Below, piece by piece: positions 1 to 11,712 of a stretch of DNA of 64,000 nucleotides. Made by a program: the position numbers and the translations under genes. Every line of letters starts with the position of its first letter. Position 1 is the stretch's first letter. Below the pieces are notes generated by a model that was not told where the DNA came from, did not search any database, and was given only the letters and a program-made list of their open reading frames with translations. The stretch comes from Armatimonadota bacterium (GTDB lineage Bacteria; Vulcanimicrobiota; JACPDS01; JBDRKI01), in the NCBI GenBank assembly GCA_043814095.1, contig JBDRKI010000037.1, forward strand, positions 32,272 through 96,271, in the 5' to 3' direction.

Positions 1-4
1 ATTT

Positions 5-373
5 ATGGACAGAAAAGAATTTGAAGAAACAGTTATAGAAGCTCTGGATGAGCTGCCTGATTTTTTTAAGAAGAAGATAGAGAACCTCTCTGTTGTTGTG
101 GAAGACGAGCCGACACCCGAACAGCTTGATCAGGTTCATGTTTCGGGCAGGGATGTACTCTTAGGTCTTTATCAGGGTATCCCGCTTGCGGAGAGAACGC
201 ATTTCTACGGGTCCGTAATGCCCGATAAGATTACAATATTTAAAAAGAGTATAGAGAGAGTTTACAGGACCAGGGATGAGGTAAAAAAAGCGGTTATACA
301 TACCGTACAGCATGAGCTTGCGCATCATTTCGGTATAACCGATGAAGAGCTTAAAAAATGGGGGAAGTATTAA
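5..373 (+). CDS. Zincin-like metallopeptidase family protein (DUF1025-like)
   Basis: LLGLYQGIP, PDKITIF and HELAHHFG (HExxH) motifs. Confidence 0.85.
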   Translation: MDRKEFEETVIEALDELPDFFKKKIENLSVVVEDEPTPEQLDQVHVSGRDVLLGLYQGIPLAERTHFYGSVMPDKITIFKKSIERVYRTRDEVKKAVIHTVQHELAHHFGITDEELKKWGKY

Positions 374-379
374 TATAAA

Positions 380-404
380 AGGAAATTTTTTAAGAAAATA
401 GAAT
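380..404 (+). promoter_or_regulatory. sigma-H-like promoter
   Basis: AGGA(380-383)-N17-GAAT(401-404) upstream of the lipoprotein gene. Confidence 0.55.
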
Positions 405-474
405 CTTTTATAGTATGTACAAATCTTATAATTTATTTGCTTTATACTATGAGATGTTTTATAAAAAGAAACTT

Positions 475-2250
475 ATGAAAAATTTCCATAAGTTTTTGTT
501 AATAATTTTCTTATTTGTATTTATTGTAAGTATCGGTGGGTGTTCAGGTCCCGGTATGTTCGAGTCTGATTCTACTTCACAAAGCGGCAAAACCGCTACC
601 GGTACTGCGGCATTTAAAATCAACTGGCCGCAGCAAAGTAAATCTAAATTTATCTCCTCTGCAACTACATCGTTTTACATAAGCATAAGAGGGGAGGGGC
701 TCGATCCGGCTTATACCACAACAGTTAATTACGGTTCATCCTCGGTAAGGATTTCCGATCTTCCTGCCGGTATTAAGAGAGCTGAAATTTCCGCACTAGA
801 TACTTTAGGTAACATCTTATCTGCCGGTATAGCATCATTTACGATTGAAGCTGAGAAAACTGTGAATGTTAGTCTTAGCTTAGGAGTTATAATATCAAGC
901 ACCGGCTTCAGCCCTTCCAATATAACGGTTGATTCAGGAACTACTCTCTTCTTTTATAATTCTGATAACAGGACTCACCAGCTGGCAGGGGCCTCCGTTT
1001 TTAATAATGCGGTTATTGAACCTGGTTCTTCAAGGTCATTTTTATTTACTGCAGGCAGCAGCTGTACCTATTATCTTGACAGCGTAAATTCCGGCATCTC
1101 CGGTACGGTTATCGTTGGTACTCCTTCTGTAACGGATATAGATCCTTTGAGCGGTTCATCAGGCGAGACGGTAACCATAACAGGTAGCGGTTTCGGTTCT
1201 TCTCAAGGCACATCAAGTGTATCTTTTAACGGTACCGATGCAACTTCGGTAACGAGCTGGTCAGATACCCGGATTGTATGTGAGATTCCTCCGGGTGCTT
1301 CTACAGGAAATGTTTCGGTTACTGTTAATTCCGTATCTTCAAGCGGGTATGCCTTTACCGTATTTTACAGGGCATATGTGCTTAACGGTGATTCCAATAC
1401 AATATCAATTATTAGAACTTCTGATCATACAGCAATAGGTACTATAGGCGGGTTCAGCGCTCCAGATAATGCATCTATCGCAGTTACCTCTAACGGAAGT
1501 TTTATATATGTAACAAATTCTGACGCGAATACAGTATCAGTTATAAGAAGGTCTGATTACGGGCTTGCCGCTACAATAGATGTAGGATCTAACCCTAACG
1601 GTATTTCAATTAATCCGGACAGCAGCTTGGTATATGTTGTAAACCGTGATTCCGGCAATGTATCTGTTATAAGGACGTCTGATAATACAGTTACGGCAAC
1701 TATAGCGGTAGGGGTTAATCCTAACGGTGTTTGTTTTACCCCTGACGGCAGTTTCGCGTATGTGACAAATTCCGGATCAAACAACGTGTCCGTTATAAAT
1801 GTATCAAATAATACGGTATCAGAAACAGTTAATGTGGGGACAGAACCGATAAATCCCGCTATTACTCCCAACGGTAATTTTGTATATGTTACAAACGGCA
1901 CGTCAAATAATGTATCTGTTATAAGGACGTCCGATAATACAGTTACGGCAACTATAGCGGTAGGGGTAAGGCCTTTCGGTCTGACGGTTACCCCTGACGG
2001 CTCTGGTGTATATGTGGGAAATGCCACATCAAGCAACATGTCTGTTATAAGGACGTCCGATAATACGGTAATAGCGACCATAGGCATAGGGTTATGGGCA
2101 AACGGCGTTGCCGTTACCCCTGACGGGAGTTTTGTGTATGCAGCGAACAACGGTTCAAACAATGTATCGGTTGTAAGGACATCGGATAATACCGTTGTTT
2201 CGACCGTTTCTGTCGGGAGTGGACCTGCCGGTGTGGCAATTGCGAGATAA
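475..2250 (+). CDS. Lipoprotein: WP-motif N-domain, cupredoxin-like domain, IPT/TIG domain, YVTN/YncE-type beta-propeller
   Basis: Lipobox-like SIGGC; SWSDTRIVC TIG motif; 42-aa YVTN...VSVI repeats. ATG 475 preferred over 415 because it begins the signal peptide. Confidence 0.8.
   Translation: MKNFHKFLLIIFLFVFIVSIGGCSGPGMFESDSTSQSGKTATGTAAFKINWPQQSKSKFISSATTSFYISIRGEGLDPAYTTTVNYGSSSVRISDLPAGIKRAEISALDTLGNILSAGIASFTIEAEKTVNVSLSLGVIISSTGFSPSNITVDSGTTLFFYNSDNRTHQLAGASVFNNAVIEPGSSRSFLFTAGSSCTYYLDSVNSGISGTVIVGTPSVTDIDPLSGSSGETVTITGSGFGSSQGTSSVSFNGTDATSVTSWSDTRIVCEIPPGASTGNVSVTVNSVSSSGYAFTVFYRAYVLNGDSNTISIIRTSDHTAIGTIGGFSAPDNASIAVTSNGSFIYVTNSDANTVSVIRRSDYGLAATIDVGSNPNGISINPDSSLVYVVNRDSGNVSVIRTSDNTVTATIAVGVNPNGVCFTPDGSFAYVTNSGSNNVSVINVSNNTVSETVNVGTEPINPAITPNGNFVYVTNGTSNNVSVIRTSDNTVTATIAVGVRPFGLTVTPDGSGVYVGNATSSNMSVIRTSDNTVIATIGIGLWANGVAVTPDGSFVYAANNGSNNVSVVRTSDNTVVSTVSVGSGPAGVAIAR
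1657..1967 (+). repeat. Near-identical 59-bp intragenic repeat (1657-1715 and 1909-1967)
   Basis: aatgtatctgttataaggacgtcYgataatacagttacggcaactatagcggtaggggt; one mismatch; offset 252 nt (two 42-aa blades). Confidence 0.85.
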
Positions 2251-2305
2251 ATAAATGTGTGGAATTTTTTTATAAAAATATTTATATAAATAAAAAGGAG
2301 GATTT

Positions 2306-3070
2306 ATGAAAAAATCATTATTTACAAGGCTTCTTATTTTAATTGTTATGACGGGATTCTTTTTTGGTTCTATGCCGGTATTTGCTCAGGATGTCCCGGC
2401 AGATAAAAAAGAGGCCATACTGGAACTGCTGCGCATAACAGAAATCAATAGTCAGATAAAACAAACAATGGATGAAATGTTTGGAATTATTGAGGATAAT
2501 TATTCAGAATTTGATGCTTGTAAAGAATTTATAAATGAATTTAAAAGTAAATATGATATAAATGAAGTCATTGAGCTTCTGGTGCCTATTTACAGCAAAT
2601 ATTACACATATGAAGATATAAAAGAGATGATCAAGTTTTACAAATCACCTATCGGTCAGAAAATGATATCCGCAGCGCCCGGCATAGATTCGGAAGCAAT
2701 AAAAGCAGGCGCGGAATACGCCGATAAGGTAATGAAAGAAACAGAGAGTTATAAAAAAATAGTGAGTGAAGCAGAACTTACAGCGTGCAAATGTAATATC
2801 AAGAATACCGCAACAGCGCTTGAGATGTATGCTTGTGATCATGAAGGGAAATATGCGCCTGATCTTAAAAGCTTAATTCCCGAATATCTTAAGGAGCTTC
2901 CTGTCTGCCCTGTTAGCGGAAACGGATATGTTTTTGAGCTTTCTGAAAACGGCGAAAATTATATATTATACTGCCCCGGAGAACAGCATAAAGATCTGAA
3001 CATTACCGGTCCCGCATGGAGCAGCAAAACAGGGCTTGTGGATAATGTTGAAGATGCAAAAGGGAAATAA
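2306..3070 (+). CDS. Secreted DUF2059-domain protein with C-terminal Cys-rich pseudopilin-like domain
   Basis: Signal peptide (VFA|Q); IYSKYYTYEDIKEMIKFYKSPIGQK; CKCNIKNTATALEMY..D..GKY..L..L.P.YL..LPVCP. Confidence 0.75.
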   Translation: MKKSLFTRLLILIVMTGFFFGSMPVFAQDVPADKKEAILELLRITEINSQIKQTMDEMFGIIEDNYSEFDACKEFINEFKSKYDINEVIELLVPIYSKYYTYEDIKEMIKFYKSPIGQKMISAAPGIDSEAIKAGAEYADKVMKETESYKKIVSEAELTACKCNIKNTATALEMYACDHEGKYAPDLKSLIPEYLKELPVCPVSGNGYVFELSENGENYILYCPGEQHKDLNITGPAWSSKTGLVDNVEDAKGK

Positions 3071-3072
3071 TC

Positions 3073-3972
3073 ATGAGAATTTTTAAACAAATTTTAATTT
3101 TTATGTGCTTTTTGTTTTTTTTTACGGGGCTTATCTATGCTCAAACAGCGCAGGAATATTATAATAAGGGCTTAGAATACGGCATTGCAGGGAAATTCGG
3201 TGAGGCAAAGATTGAATTTGAGAAGGCTTTAAAACTGGAACCTTATTATGAAGATGCCGGTTTGTGTGCGGAAATTATTGAACTTACCGGTACCGGCAAA
3301 ATAAAAAAAGAAACAGTTGTTCATGTTTTTAAGGCTCTTAAGTATGAAGAAGATTCAAAATTTGATGAAGCTGTAATTTCCTATAGGGAAGCTTTAAAGT
3401 TTGACCAGTATCCTTTTATTTATAATAATCTGGGAAAGGTTTACGGGGATAAGGGCATCCTTGATAAAGCAAAGATTGAGTTTGAAAAGGCGGTTGAAAT
3501 TGATCCGGGCTTTGCCAGAGGATACAATAATCTGGGGATTATTTATGCCAGAGAAGGAGATCTTGATACAGCCATAGGTTATTTTAAAAAATCGCTGGAG
3601 ATCTCACCTTCGGCCCTGCCTCCTCTTTTTAATCTTGCAAGGGCTTATGCAAAAAAAGATAATTTTGACGCAGCCGAACAGGTTTATAAAAAGATAATAG
3701 AGATTGATCCGGAAGACGCCGAAGCCCATTATTACCTGGGAGTGGTTTATATTAACAAAGAGATGGCTGATGAGGCCATTTCCGAGCTTAAAAAAGCGAT
3801 AGAACTTTATCCTGATTACGCCGCGGCAAATAATGATATAGCGGTGGTATATTATTTTAAAGAGGATTATGAGCTGGCAATTAAATACTGCGACAGGGCG
3901 ATAGAACTGGGATATGAACCTAATGAGAAATTTCTGGAAGCTCTTAAACCTTACAGAAAGCAAAAAGAATAA
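3073..3972 (+). CDS. Secreted TPR-repeat protein
   Basis: Signal peptide and multiple TPRs (YNNLG..Y, AHYYLG..Y). Confidence 0.9.
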   Translation: MRIFKQILIFMCFLFFFTGLIYAQTAQEYYNKGLEYGIAGKFGEAKIEFEKALKLEPYYEDAGLCAEIIELTGTGKIKKETVVHVFKALKYEEDSKFDEAVISYREALKFDQYPFIYNNLGKVYGDKGILDKAKIEFEKAVEIDPGFARGYNNLGIIYAREGDLDTAIGYFKKSLEISPSALPPLFNLARAYAKKDNFDAAEQVYKKIIEIDPEDAEAHYYLGVVYINKEMADEAISELKKAIELYPDYAAANNDIAVVYYFKEDYELAIKYCDRAIELGYEPNEKFLEALKPYRKQKE

Positions 3973-5442
<1,470 letters not shown>

Positions 5443-5468
5443 TAATATAATGTTGGGGAGATAATATT

Positions 5469-6134
5469 ATGGAATTAATAAACAGTAAAAATATTTATGA
5501 TATAAGTGTTGTTCTGGGAGAAGAAGATGTTGTTTTCCCGGAAGATATGCCGTTCTCAAGGAAACTTAGGATTTCTCTTAAAGACGGTTCTTTCTGTGAT
5601 CTTTCCGAACTATATATGACTTCCCACTGCGGGACCCATATAGATATGCCTTCTCATTTTATTATAAACGGTTTGTCTCTGGATGATTATTCTGTTAAGG
5701 ATTTTATTCTGCCGGCAAAGATTATTGAGATTAAAGATAAAGAATCGGTTAACCTGGCGGAGATAGAGAATGAAGATATTAAGGAAGGTCAGGCGGTTTT
5801 ATTTAAAACCGCCAATTCCTTAACCGGCATATGCAGTAATGGCAAATTCAGTGAAGAATTTGTATATATAACACCTGAAGCGGCAGAGTTTTGCATAAAT
5901 AAAAAGGTCAGCCTTATAGGTATTGATTATGCCACTGTTGACAAATACGGAGGATATGATTTTCCCGTACACAAACTTCTTTTAAAAAACAATATACTTA
6001 TTCTTGAAGATATAAATCTTAAAGAAGTACTTCCCGGGGAATATACTTTAATATGCCTGCCTTTAAAGATAATGGCAGGGGAGGCGTCCCCGGTAAGAGC
6101 CGTATTATTTTCTAATCAAGAGAAAAAAATATGA
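5469..6134 (+). CDS. Cyclase family metal hydrolase (kynurenine formamidase-like)
   Basis: HCGTHIDMPSH motif; C-terminal GEASPVRAV. Confidence 0.88.
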   Translation: MELINSKNIYDISVVLGEEDVVFPEDMPFSRKLRISLKDGSFCDLSELYMTSHCGTHIDMPSHFIINGLSLDDYSVKDFILPAKIIEIKDKESVNLAEIENEDIKEGQAVLFKTANSLTGICSNGKFSEEFVYITPEAAEFCINKKVSLIGIDYATVDKYGGYDFPVHKLLLKNNILILEDINLKEVLPGEYTLICLPLKIMAGEASPVRAVLFSNQEKKI

Positions 6135-6757
6135 ATATTATGAAAAACTTATGGACTAAAAAAGAAGTTGATTTTTTTAAGAAGCTTAAAAACCCCGATG
6201 GAATACAAAAGCTTGTAAGCTCATTATCTTATAACACCGATCCCGTATGCAGGTCCCCGAGGTATGTTATAAAAACAAGGAAAGCCCATTGCTTTGACGG
6301 AGCTTTATTTGCCGCAGCGGCGTTGAGACAACAGGGATACAAATCTTTAATTATTGATTTAAGAGCGCATAATGATGATGACCATGTTATTGCTGTATTT
6401 AAAAAGAACGGTCACTGGGGGGCAATAGCAAAATCAAATTTTACCACCCTCCAGTACAGGGAACCTGTTTACAGGACTTTGCGGGAACTTGTGATGAGCT
6501 ACTTTGATTTTTATTTTAACAGCATGGGCGAGAAGACGTTAAGGGAATATTCCGTACCTCTTGATCTTTCAAGATTTGATAAAAGTGACTGGATGAGAAC
6601 AGAAGAAGATATAAGTTATATAGGGGATTATCTTGACGGTATAAAACATTATAAGATAGTAACGCCTTCAATGATAAGAAATCTCGCTAAAACAGATAAA
6701 AAGCTTCTTAAAGCGGGTCTTTTAGGGTCTGATCCCAGAGGGCTTTATAGGCCTTGA
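6131..6757 (+). CDS. Conserved hypothetical protein, transglutaminase-like Cys/His
   Basis: AHCFDGA...DHVIAVF...WGAIAKSN. Confidence 0.6.
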   Translation: MNIMKNLWTKKEVDFFKKLKNPDGIQKLVSSLSYNTDPVCRSPRYVIKTRKAHCFDGALFAAAALRQQGYKSLIIDLRAHNDDDHVIAVFKKNGHWGAIAKSNFTTLQYREPVYRTLRELVMSYFDFYFNSMGEKTLREYSVPLDLSRFDKSDWMRTEEDISYIGDYLDGIKHYKIVTPSMIRNLAKTDKKLLKAGLLGSDPRGLYRP

Positions 6758-6776
6758 TAACACAGGAGGATGAAAA

Positions 6777-8096
6777 ATGTTTAATCAAAAAACTTGCAAC
6801 GCGTACCGGTTTTTTTTCGTACTGTTTATTTTAGCGGCGTTTATACTGCCGTTTTTTTCAACAGGCGTTTGTTTTGCTGATGAGCATGTTCTTACTGATA
6901 ACCAGAAGGATATTATTAATTTCGCATCTGCCTGCGGCAAATATGCTCTTGAAAACGGGAATTACCCCGAGGATTCTCAAATTCTTGTAAAAGAAGGATA
7001 CTTAGACAAAATACCCGTTTTTCCGGAAGCGGGTAATAAAGAATATCTTTATAAATTACTTGGGGATGCCTATATTATGTTTTATCCCAATATTTATGCT
7101 CAATCCGATATGGAATACGTCGTATTCGTCTCGGGTTTTAGTAAAACTCTGGCAGATTATTTTACTTATATGAAATTAAAAGGTTTGTTCAGTTCGTGCT
7201 GCGCGAATTTAAAAGTTCTAAGTTCCGGGTGTGAGATTTATTCTATTGATAATAACGGAAAATATCCTAAAGATTTAGAAGAGCTTGTTGAAACAGGATA
7301 TTTTGATGAACTGCCTGAATGTCCTGCTTGCGGTGAGATGAGTTATATTTGTGTGCCGGATAATGAAGGGAATTATATAATATATTGCTCCGGTAAACAT
7401 CATAAGGAATTGATCGGGAATAAAGACGGTCCTGTGTTTAATTTACAGACAGGTTTAGAGATTTATAATATTAAGAAATTTTCCGGGAGGAAATTTGATT
7501 TAACGGGGTGCAGGCGCAATTTAATGGAACTGGTAACTGTATGTCAGGAATATACCGTTAAAAAGGGGTTTTACCCCGATAGCTTTAATGAACTTATAAA
7601 AAGCGGATTTCTGAAAAAACTTCCAGTATGTCCCTTAAGCGGACAGAACACATATAAATTTATCTCTATGAATGAAAACGACTCAAGGGGATTTGCCGTT
7701 GGATGTACGTGTGAAGAACATAAAAAAGATCCGGATTTTACAAGTGTTATATCTATCATTCTATCCGAGACACCGGAAGATTTTATTTCTCAACAAAAAA
7801 AGGAAGCATTGATAAGCTGCAAAAATAATATTAAAAATATCGCTATAGCGATTGAAATGTACGGGACTGATAATAATGGACATTACCCGCCCTGTCTTGA
7901 AAGTATAATACCTAGATATCTCCATAAACTCTCGGAATGTCCTGTCTGTGGAAAAATGAACTATGTTTATAAACGAATAGGAGATAGCGATTTTATAATA
8001 TACTGTTCGGGCGGATGTCATAAAGACACCGGAATTACCGGGCCGGCTTATTCCAGCATGAAGGGGCTTGTGGATAATATAGAAGATGCTAAGTGA
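6777..8096 (+). CDS. Secreted protein with tandem Cys-rich pseudopilin/GspG-like domains
   Basis: Signal peptide; three full and one degenerate copy of C..N....Y..D..G.YP..L..L...Y...LP.CP. Confidence 0.7.
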   Translation: MFNQKTCNAYRFFFVLFILAAFILPFFSTGVCFADEHVLTDNQKDIINFASACGKYALENGNYPEDSQILVKEGYLDKIPVFPEAGNKEYLYKLLGDAYIMFYPNIYAQSDMEYVVFVSGFSKTLADYFTYMKLKGLFSSCCANLKVLSSGCEIYSIDNNGKYPKDLEELVETGYFDELPECPACGEMSYICVPDNEGNYIIYCSGKHHKELIGNKDGPVFNLQTGLEIYNIKKFSGRKFDLTGCRRNLMELVTVCQEYTVKKGFYPDSFNELIKSGFLKKLPVCPLSGQNTYKFISMNENDSRGFAVGCTCEEHKKDPDFTSVISIILSETPEDFISQQKKEALISCKNNIKNIAIAIEMYGTDNNGHYPPCLESIIPRYLHKLSECPVCGKMNYVYKRIGDSDFIIYCSGGCHKDTGITGPAYSSMKGLVDNIEDAK

Positions 8097-8118
8097 ATGA
8101 AAAAGCAATTAAGGTAAT

Positions 8119-8153
8119 AAAAAGCAGGGATAGGAATACTGTCCCTGCTTTTT
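8119..8153. terminator. Bidirectional intrinsic terminator
   Basis: aaaaagcagggatag-gaata-ctgtccctgcttttt between convergent genes. Confidence 0.8.
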
Positions 8154-8188
8154 ACATCAATATTACTTATTTAAGTATTTAAACTTAA

Positions 8189-8383
8189 TTATTTGCCGAA
8201 AATTTCAGGATGATTTTTAAGCATATCACTTATTTCAATATTAGTTTTTATAAAAGCGTCTTTAATTTTTCTGGCAGCTTCTCCAATTCTGTTTAAAGTT
8301 GAAGAAATAGCTTTGCGTACATTAGGTTTTTTAACACTTTCCTGAATTATCTTTCCCATTGTAATTTTACTGAGTTCGCTCAT
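8189..8383 (-). CDS. Small orphan protein (64 aa)
   Basis: GGGGG SD, TATAAT -10 at 8418-8423 and upstream GTTAAC array. Confidence 0.6.
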   Translation of the reverse strand: MSELSKITMGKIIQESVKKPNVRKAISSTLNRIGEAARKIKDAFIKTNIEISDMLKNHPEIFGK

Positions 8384-8433
8384 TTTATACCCCCTATAAA
8401 GTTCTTCTTTTACTTATATTATAAGCTATTTAT

Positions 8434-8478
8434 ATTGCAAAATTATTGCCAAAATGTTAACAAATTGTTAACATTTTG
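8434..8478 (-). promoter_or_regulatory. 11-bp-period GTTAAC operator array
   Basis: Minus strand GTTAAC-aattt-GTTAAC-atttt-GGCAAT-aattt-TGCAAT; 8450-8478 is a palindrome with 14-bp arms. Confidence 0.75.
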
Positions 8479-8530
8479 AATATTCTTGTTATTTATGCTT
8501 AAAATCGTTAAAAAGTAAGAAATAGATTAA

Positions 8531-8555
8531 AGGATTTATCCGTAATTATTTGAAA
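8531..8555 (+). promoter_or_regulatory. sigma-H-like promoter
   Basis: AGGA-N17-GAAA. Confidence 0.5.
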
Positions 8556-8585
8556 TGGTAATCATTAAAATTTTAGGGGGCATTT

Positions 8586-9947
8586 ATGTCAGAAGAAAAG
8601 CTTACCTGGAAATTCTCGCGCGAGTTCTGGACGGCTAACGGGGTTGAACTCTTAGAAAGAGCCGCTTATTACGGCATGTTTATAGCTCTTACCCTTTACC
8701 TTACGAATCTTGTGGGGTTTACCGATATTGAAGCCGGCTGGATAGCCGGTCTTTTTGCGGCTATTCTGTATTTTATGCCCACTTTCAGCGGAGCATGGGC
8801 TGATTCTATGGGTTTCAGAAGGGCGCTTCTTCTGGCATTCGGGCTTCTTACAATAGGGTACGGCATGCTGGGTTTTTTCGCGACTAAGCCCTCAACAATA
8901 ATGGCGCTGGCTATAATAATGATGGGCGGATCTTTTATAAAATCAATTATTACCGGTACTGTCGCCAAATGTTCCGATCCTACAAACAGGGCTAGAGCAT
9001 TCTCTATTTTTTACCAGATGGTAAATATCGGAGCTTTTACAGGAAAGATGCTGGCCAAACCTTTAAGGGTTGAACTCGGCATCCAGTACATTAATATAGC
9101 GTCGGCTTGCTACTGCTTGCTGGCTCTCGGAATAGTGTTTTTCCTTTACCGCAATATCGATACACATGGCATGGGAAAAAACATGAAGGAAAGCTGGGCG
9201 GGTTTTGTAAAAGTACTCGGCAATTTACGTTTCATGGCTATTATAATAATTGTGGGCGGGTTCTGGGCTATACAGCACCAGCTTTACGCCACAATGCCCA
9301 AATATATTCTAAGAACGGTAGGGGCGGGGGCGTCTCCCGAATGGTACGCTAATGTAAATCCCCTTGTTGTTGTGCTATTAGTTATACCGATTACCCAGCT
9401 TACGAGAAAATTTAAACCTATGGTATCAATAGGTATAGGCTTATTTATAATCCCGTTATCCGCGCTTACAATGAGTTTAAGCCCTATTCTGCAGAAAACA
9501 TTCGGCAATTCAATGCCTCTTATAGGCAAGATATTTATTAACCCCATAACCCTTGTCTTTATAATAGGAATAGCAATTCAGGCGCTTGCGGAATGCTTTC
9601 TTTCTCCCAGGTTTCTTGAGTATGCTTCCCACCAGGCGCCTCCCGGAGAGACCGGATTATATATGGGATACGCGCACATAAACAGCTTCTTCGGGAACCT
9701 TCTTGGATTCGGTATTTCGGGCTATCTTCTTAACGCCTGGTGCCCGGACCCCAAGACTCTTTCTCCCCAGGTACAATCCGCATGGCAGAACGCACTGGCA
9801 GGGCAGGGGGCTATGCCGGCGGCTTATTCGCACGCCTATTATATATGGTATGTGTTTGCCGGGATAGGATTTGCGACTTTTGCGGTATTCCTGCTGTATT
9901 CGTTTATCACTAATATGCTTGATAAAAAAAGGGGTGTAGTTAGTTAA
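8586..9947 (+). CDS. MFS/POT-like peptide transporter
   Basis: ELLERAAYYG and FYQMVNIGA motifs; multiple TM helices. Confidence 0.85.
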   Translation: MSEEKLTWKFSREFWTANGVELLERAAYYGMFIALTLYLTNLVGFTDIEAGWIAGLFAAILYFMPTFSGAWADSMGFRRALLLAFGLLTIGYGMLGFFATKPSTIMALAIIMMGGSFIKSIITGTVAKCSDPTNRARAFSIFYQMVNIGAFTGKMLAKPLRVELGIQYINIASACYCLLALGIVFFLYRNIDTHGMGKNMKESWAGFVKVLGNLRFMAIIIIVGGFWAIQHQLYATMPKYILRTVGAGASPEWYANVNPLVVVLLVIPITQLTRKFKPMVSIGIGLFIIPLSALTMSLSPILQKTFGNSMPLIGKIFINPITLVFIIGIAIQALAECFLSPRFLEYASHQAPPGETGLYMGYAHINSFFGNLLGFGISGYLLNAWCPDPKTLSPQVQSAWQNALAGQGAMPAAYSHAYYIWYVFAGIGFATFAVFLLYSFITNMLDKKRGVVS

Positions 9948-9970
9948 AAAATAATAACAGAATCAGACAG

Positions 9971-10014
9971 AAACCATAATGCCGCCGGATAAAGTTTTGG
10001 CGGCATTATGGTTT
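9971..10014. terminator. Intrinsic terminator
   Basis: aaaccataatgccgcc...ggcggcattatggttt followed by T-tract. Confidence 0.85.
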
Positions 10015-10064
10015 TTTGTTTTTTAATAATAACTTTTCAAATTGAAATTATTCTGTAAAGGGGT

Positions 10065-10805
10065 CTATTTAACTAACTTTTCCATATGAATTAAAACTTC
10101 CATAAGTTCTTCTTTTGACGGCAGGTAATTATTTTTCTCAAGTAAAACAAAAGAGCCGGCTTCTTTCCATAGATTGAACGAATTAGAAGATAAATTCAGA
10201 AAACAGTTAAGTATAGTATTTATATTTGTTGCACCGCCGGATATTTTAAAAAGGCCGAAGCTGTTATTCTGCCTGACTTCTTCATCGGCAGATGTTGAAG
10301 ACAGTTCCTTCAGTAATTCGGGCTGTGATTTAACCATGGCAATTTTTATAAAATCTTTTTTAAAGAAGTCGTTTATAAGTTCACAGCGCCAGGTGTTTAA
10401 AAACTGTTTTGTTTTAACTTCGTCATCGCTTTGTATAATGTATTCGCGATCAAACCCGGGCAATCCTATTTCTATATCTTTATATCCGAATGCTTTTTTA
10501 AATATGTTCTGGAGAGCTGTTTCTGAGGATATTACAAGGCTGATCGGGATATCCCGGTAAAAGTATATATGGAATTTTGAAGGAGAGTGTTTGTCTCCGG
10601 GAATTAGTTCCAAGTTTACTTTTTTCCCGTTCCAGTATCCCGTTAAAGAAAATGTTCTGAATATCAGGTCGCTTTTTAATTCTCCGGGTATTATTTTCAT
10701 AAAGCTTTCAAATTTTTTCTTTTTTGACATCCTGTCAAAATAAATTGCACAGATAATTAAAATAAAGACAGCGGCAAAGATTACTGAAAAAATATGATCT
10801 TCCAT
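10065..10805 (-). CDS. Hypothetical membrane-anchored protein
   Basis: N-terminal TM; DIEIGLPGFDREYIIQSDD segment; directly abuts the upstream gene. Confidence 0.65.
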   Translation of the reverse strand: MEDHIFSVIFAAVFILIICAIYFDRMSKKKKFESFMKIIPGELKSDLIFRTFSLTGYWNGKKVNLELIPGDKHSPSKFHIYFYRDIPISLVISSETALQNIFKKAFGYKDIEIGLPGFDREYIIQSDDEVKTKQFLNTWRCELINDFFKKDFIKIAMVKSQPELLKELSSTSADEEVRQNNSFGLFKISGGATNINTILNCFLNLSSNSFNLWKEAGSFVLLEKNNYLPSKEELMEVLIHMEKLVK

Positions 10806-11537
10806 TTAATTTTCTCCCGTTATTAATTTTCTTATTCTGTACAGTATGCCGAAGCAGTAAAGCTGGTCTCCCGCGAGGATTTGCGTGTCATCACATGGCG
10901 CAGGAATGGTTTCGTGGTTTCTTTCAATTGCAAGAACTATAAGTTTCTCGTTTGTTTGTTTTAGGTCGCTTATTTTTTTATTCATTATGGGGCTGTTCTC
11001 ATCTATAGAAACTCTGGTTACGCCGTATCCGCCCGTTGATACAGCAAGTTCTTCAAAAGTAACCGGCTCAATCATGCTTTTTTTAATCATGTGTTTGCGT
11101 ATTATATCCGTAATTTTGGCTGAGAATTTTGACTTTACAAAGAAAGTATAGCTTATATATAAAAAAATAACTATCAGGAAAACATTTATAAGGGGAACCA
11201 ATTTTACAGGTATCCCGAAATCCATAAGAGGTATTGTATACTTATCTACAACATCGTCCGATCTTAAAGCGTTTGCGAACGTGGCAACAAGCGCTATTAT
11301 TCCGGCATGGCCCAGTATCATAAGGATTGACGCTATTTTCCTTCTCTGCAGGTTTCCTGTTATAAGTTCGGCTTCTTTTGTGGTGAAGCCGGTGCCCGTA
11401 AAGCAGGATAAAGCCTGGAACCTCGCGATTGAACCGTTAAGCCCGGTAAGTTCAAAAGCAACGGCTCCTATCCTGTTTACAATGAACGAGCATACGATGG
11501 TAAGTATAAACAGAGTTAAATTTAATATTACGTTCAT
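10806..11537 (-). CDS. TrkA-C (RCK_C) domain membrane protein
   Basis: ARFQALSCFTGTGFTTKEAE pore-like motif; C-terminal VLAIER...AGDQLYCFG. Confidence 0.85.
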   Translation of the reverse strand: MNVILNLTLFILTIVCSFIVNRIGAVAFELTGLNGSIARFQALSCFTGTGFTTKEAELITGNLQRRKIASILMILGHAGIIALVATFANALRSDDVVDKYTIPLMDFGIPVKLVPLINVFLIVIFLYISYTFFVKSKFSAKITDIIRKHMIKKSMIEPVTFEELAVSTGGYGVTRVSIDENSPIMNKKISDLKQTNEKLIVLAIERNHETIPAPCDDTQILAGDQLYCFGILYRIRKLITGEN

Positions 11538-11592
11538 AACGCCTCCTGGTATATTTCAGCTTTATTTTTCATGTATTGATCATGATTAAAAA

Positions 11593-11617
11593 ATTCGGTT
11601 TAACCGGATTTTCCCCT
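11593..11617 (-). promoter_or_regulatory. sigma-H-like promoter
   Basis: Minus strand AGGG-N17-GAAT. Confidence 0.45.
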
Positions 11618-11712
11618 TTTGTTTTGCAACAGCTTTGAATTATATGAAAAAGGGTATTTTAAGCCAAAGTATAATTAATTTTCTGAAATAAGATTATTGT
11701 AAGGGGGATAGA

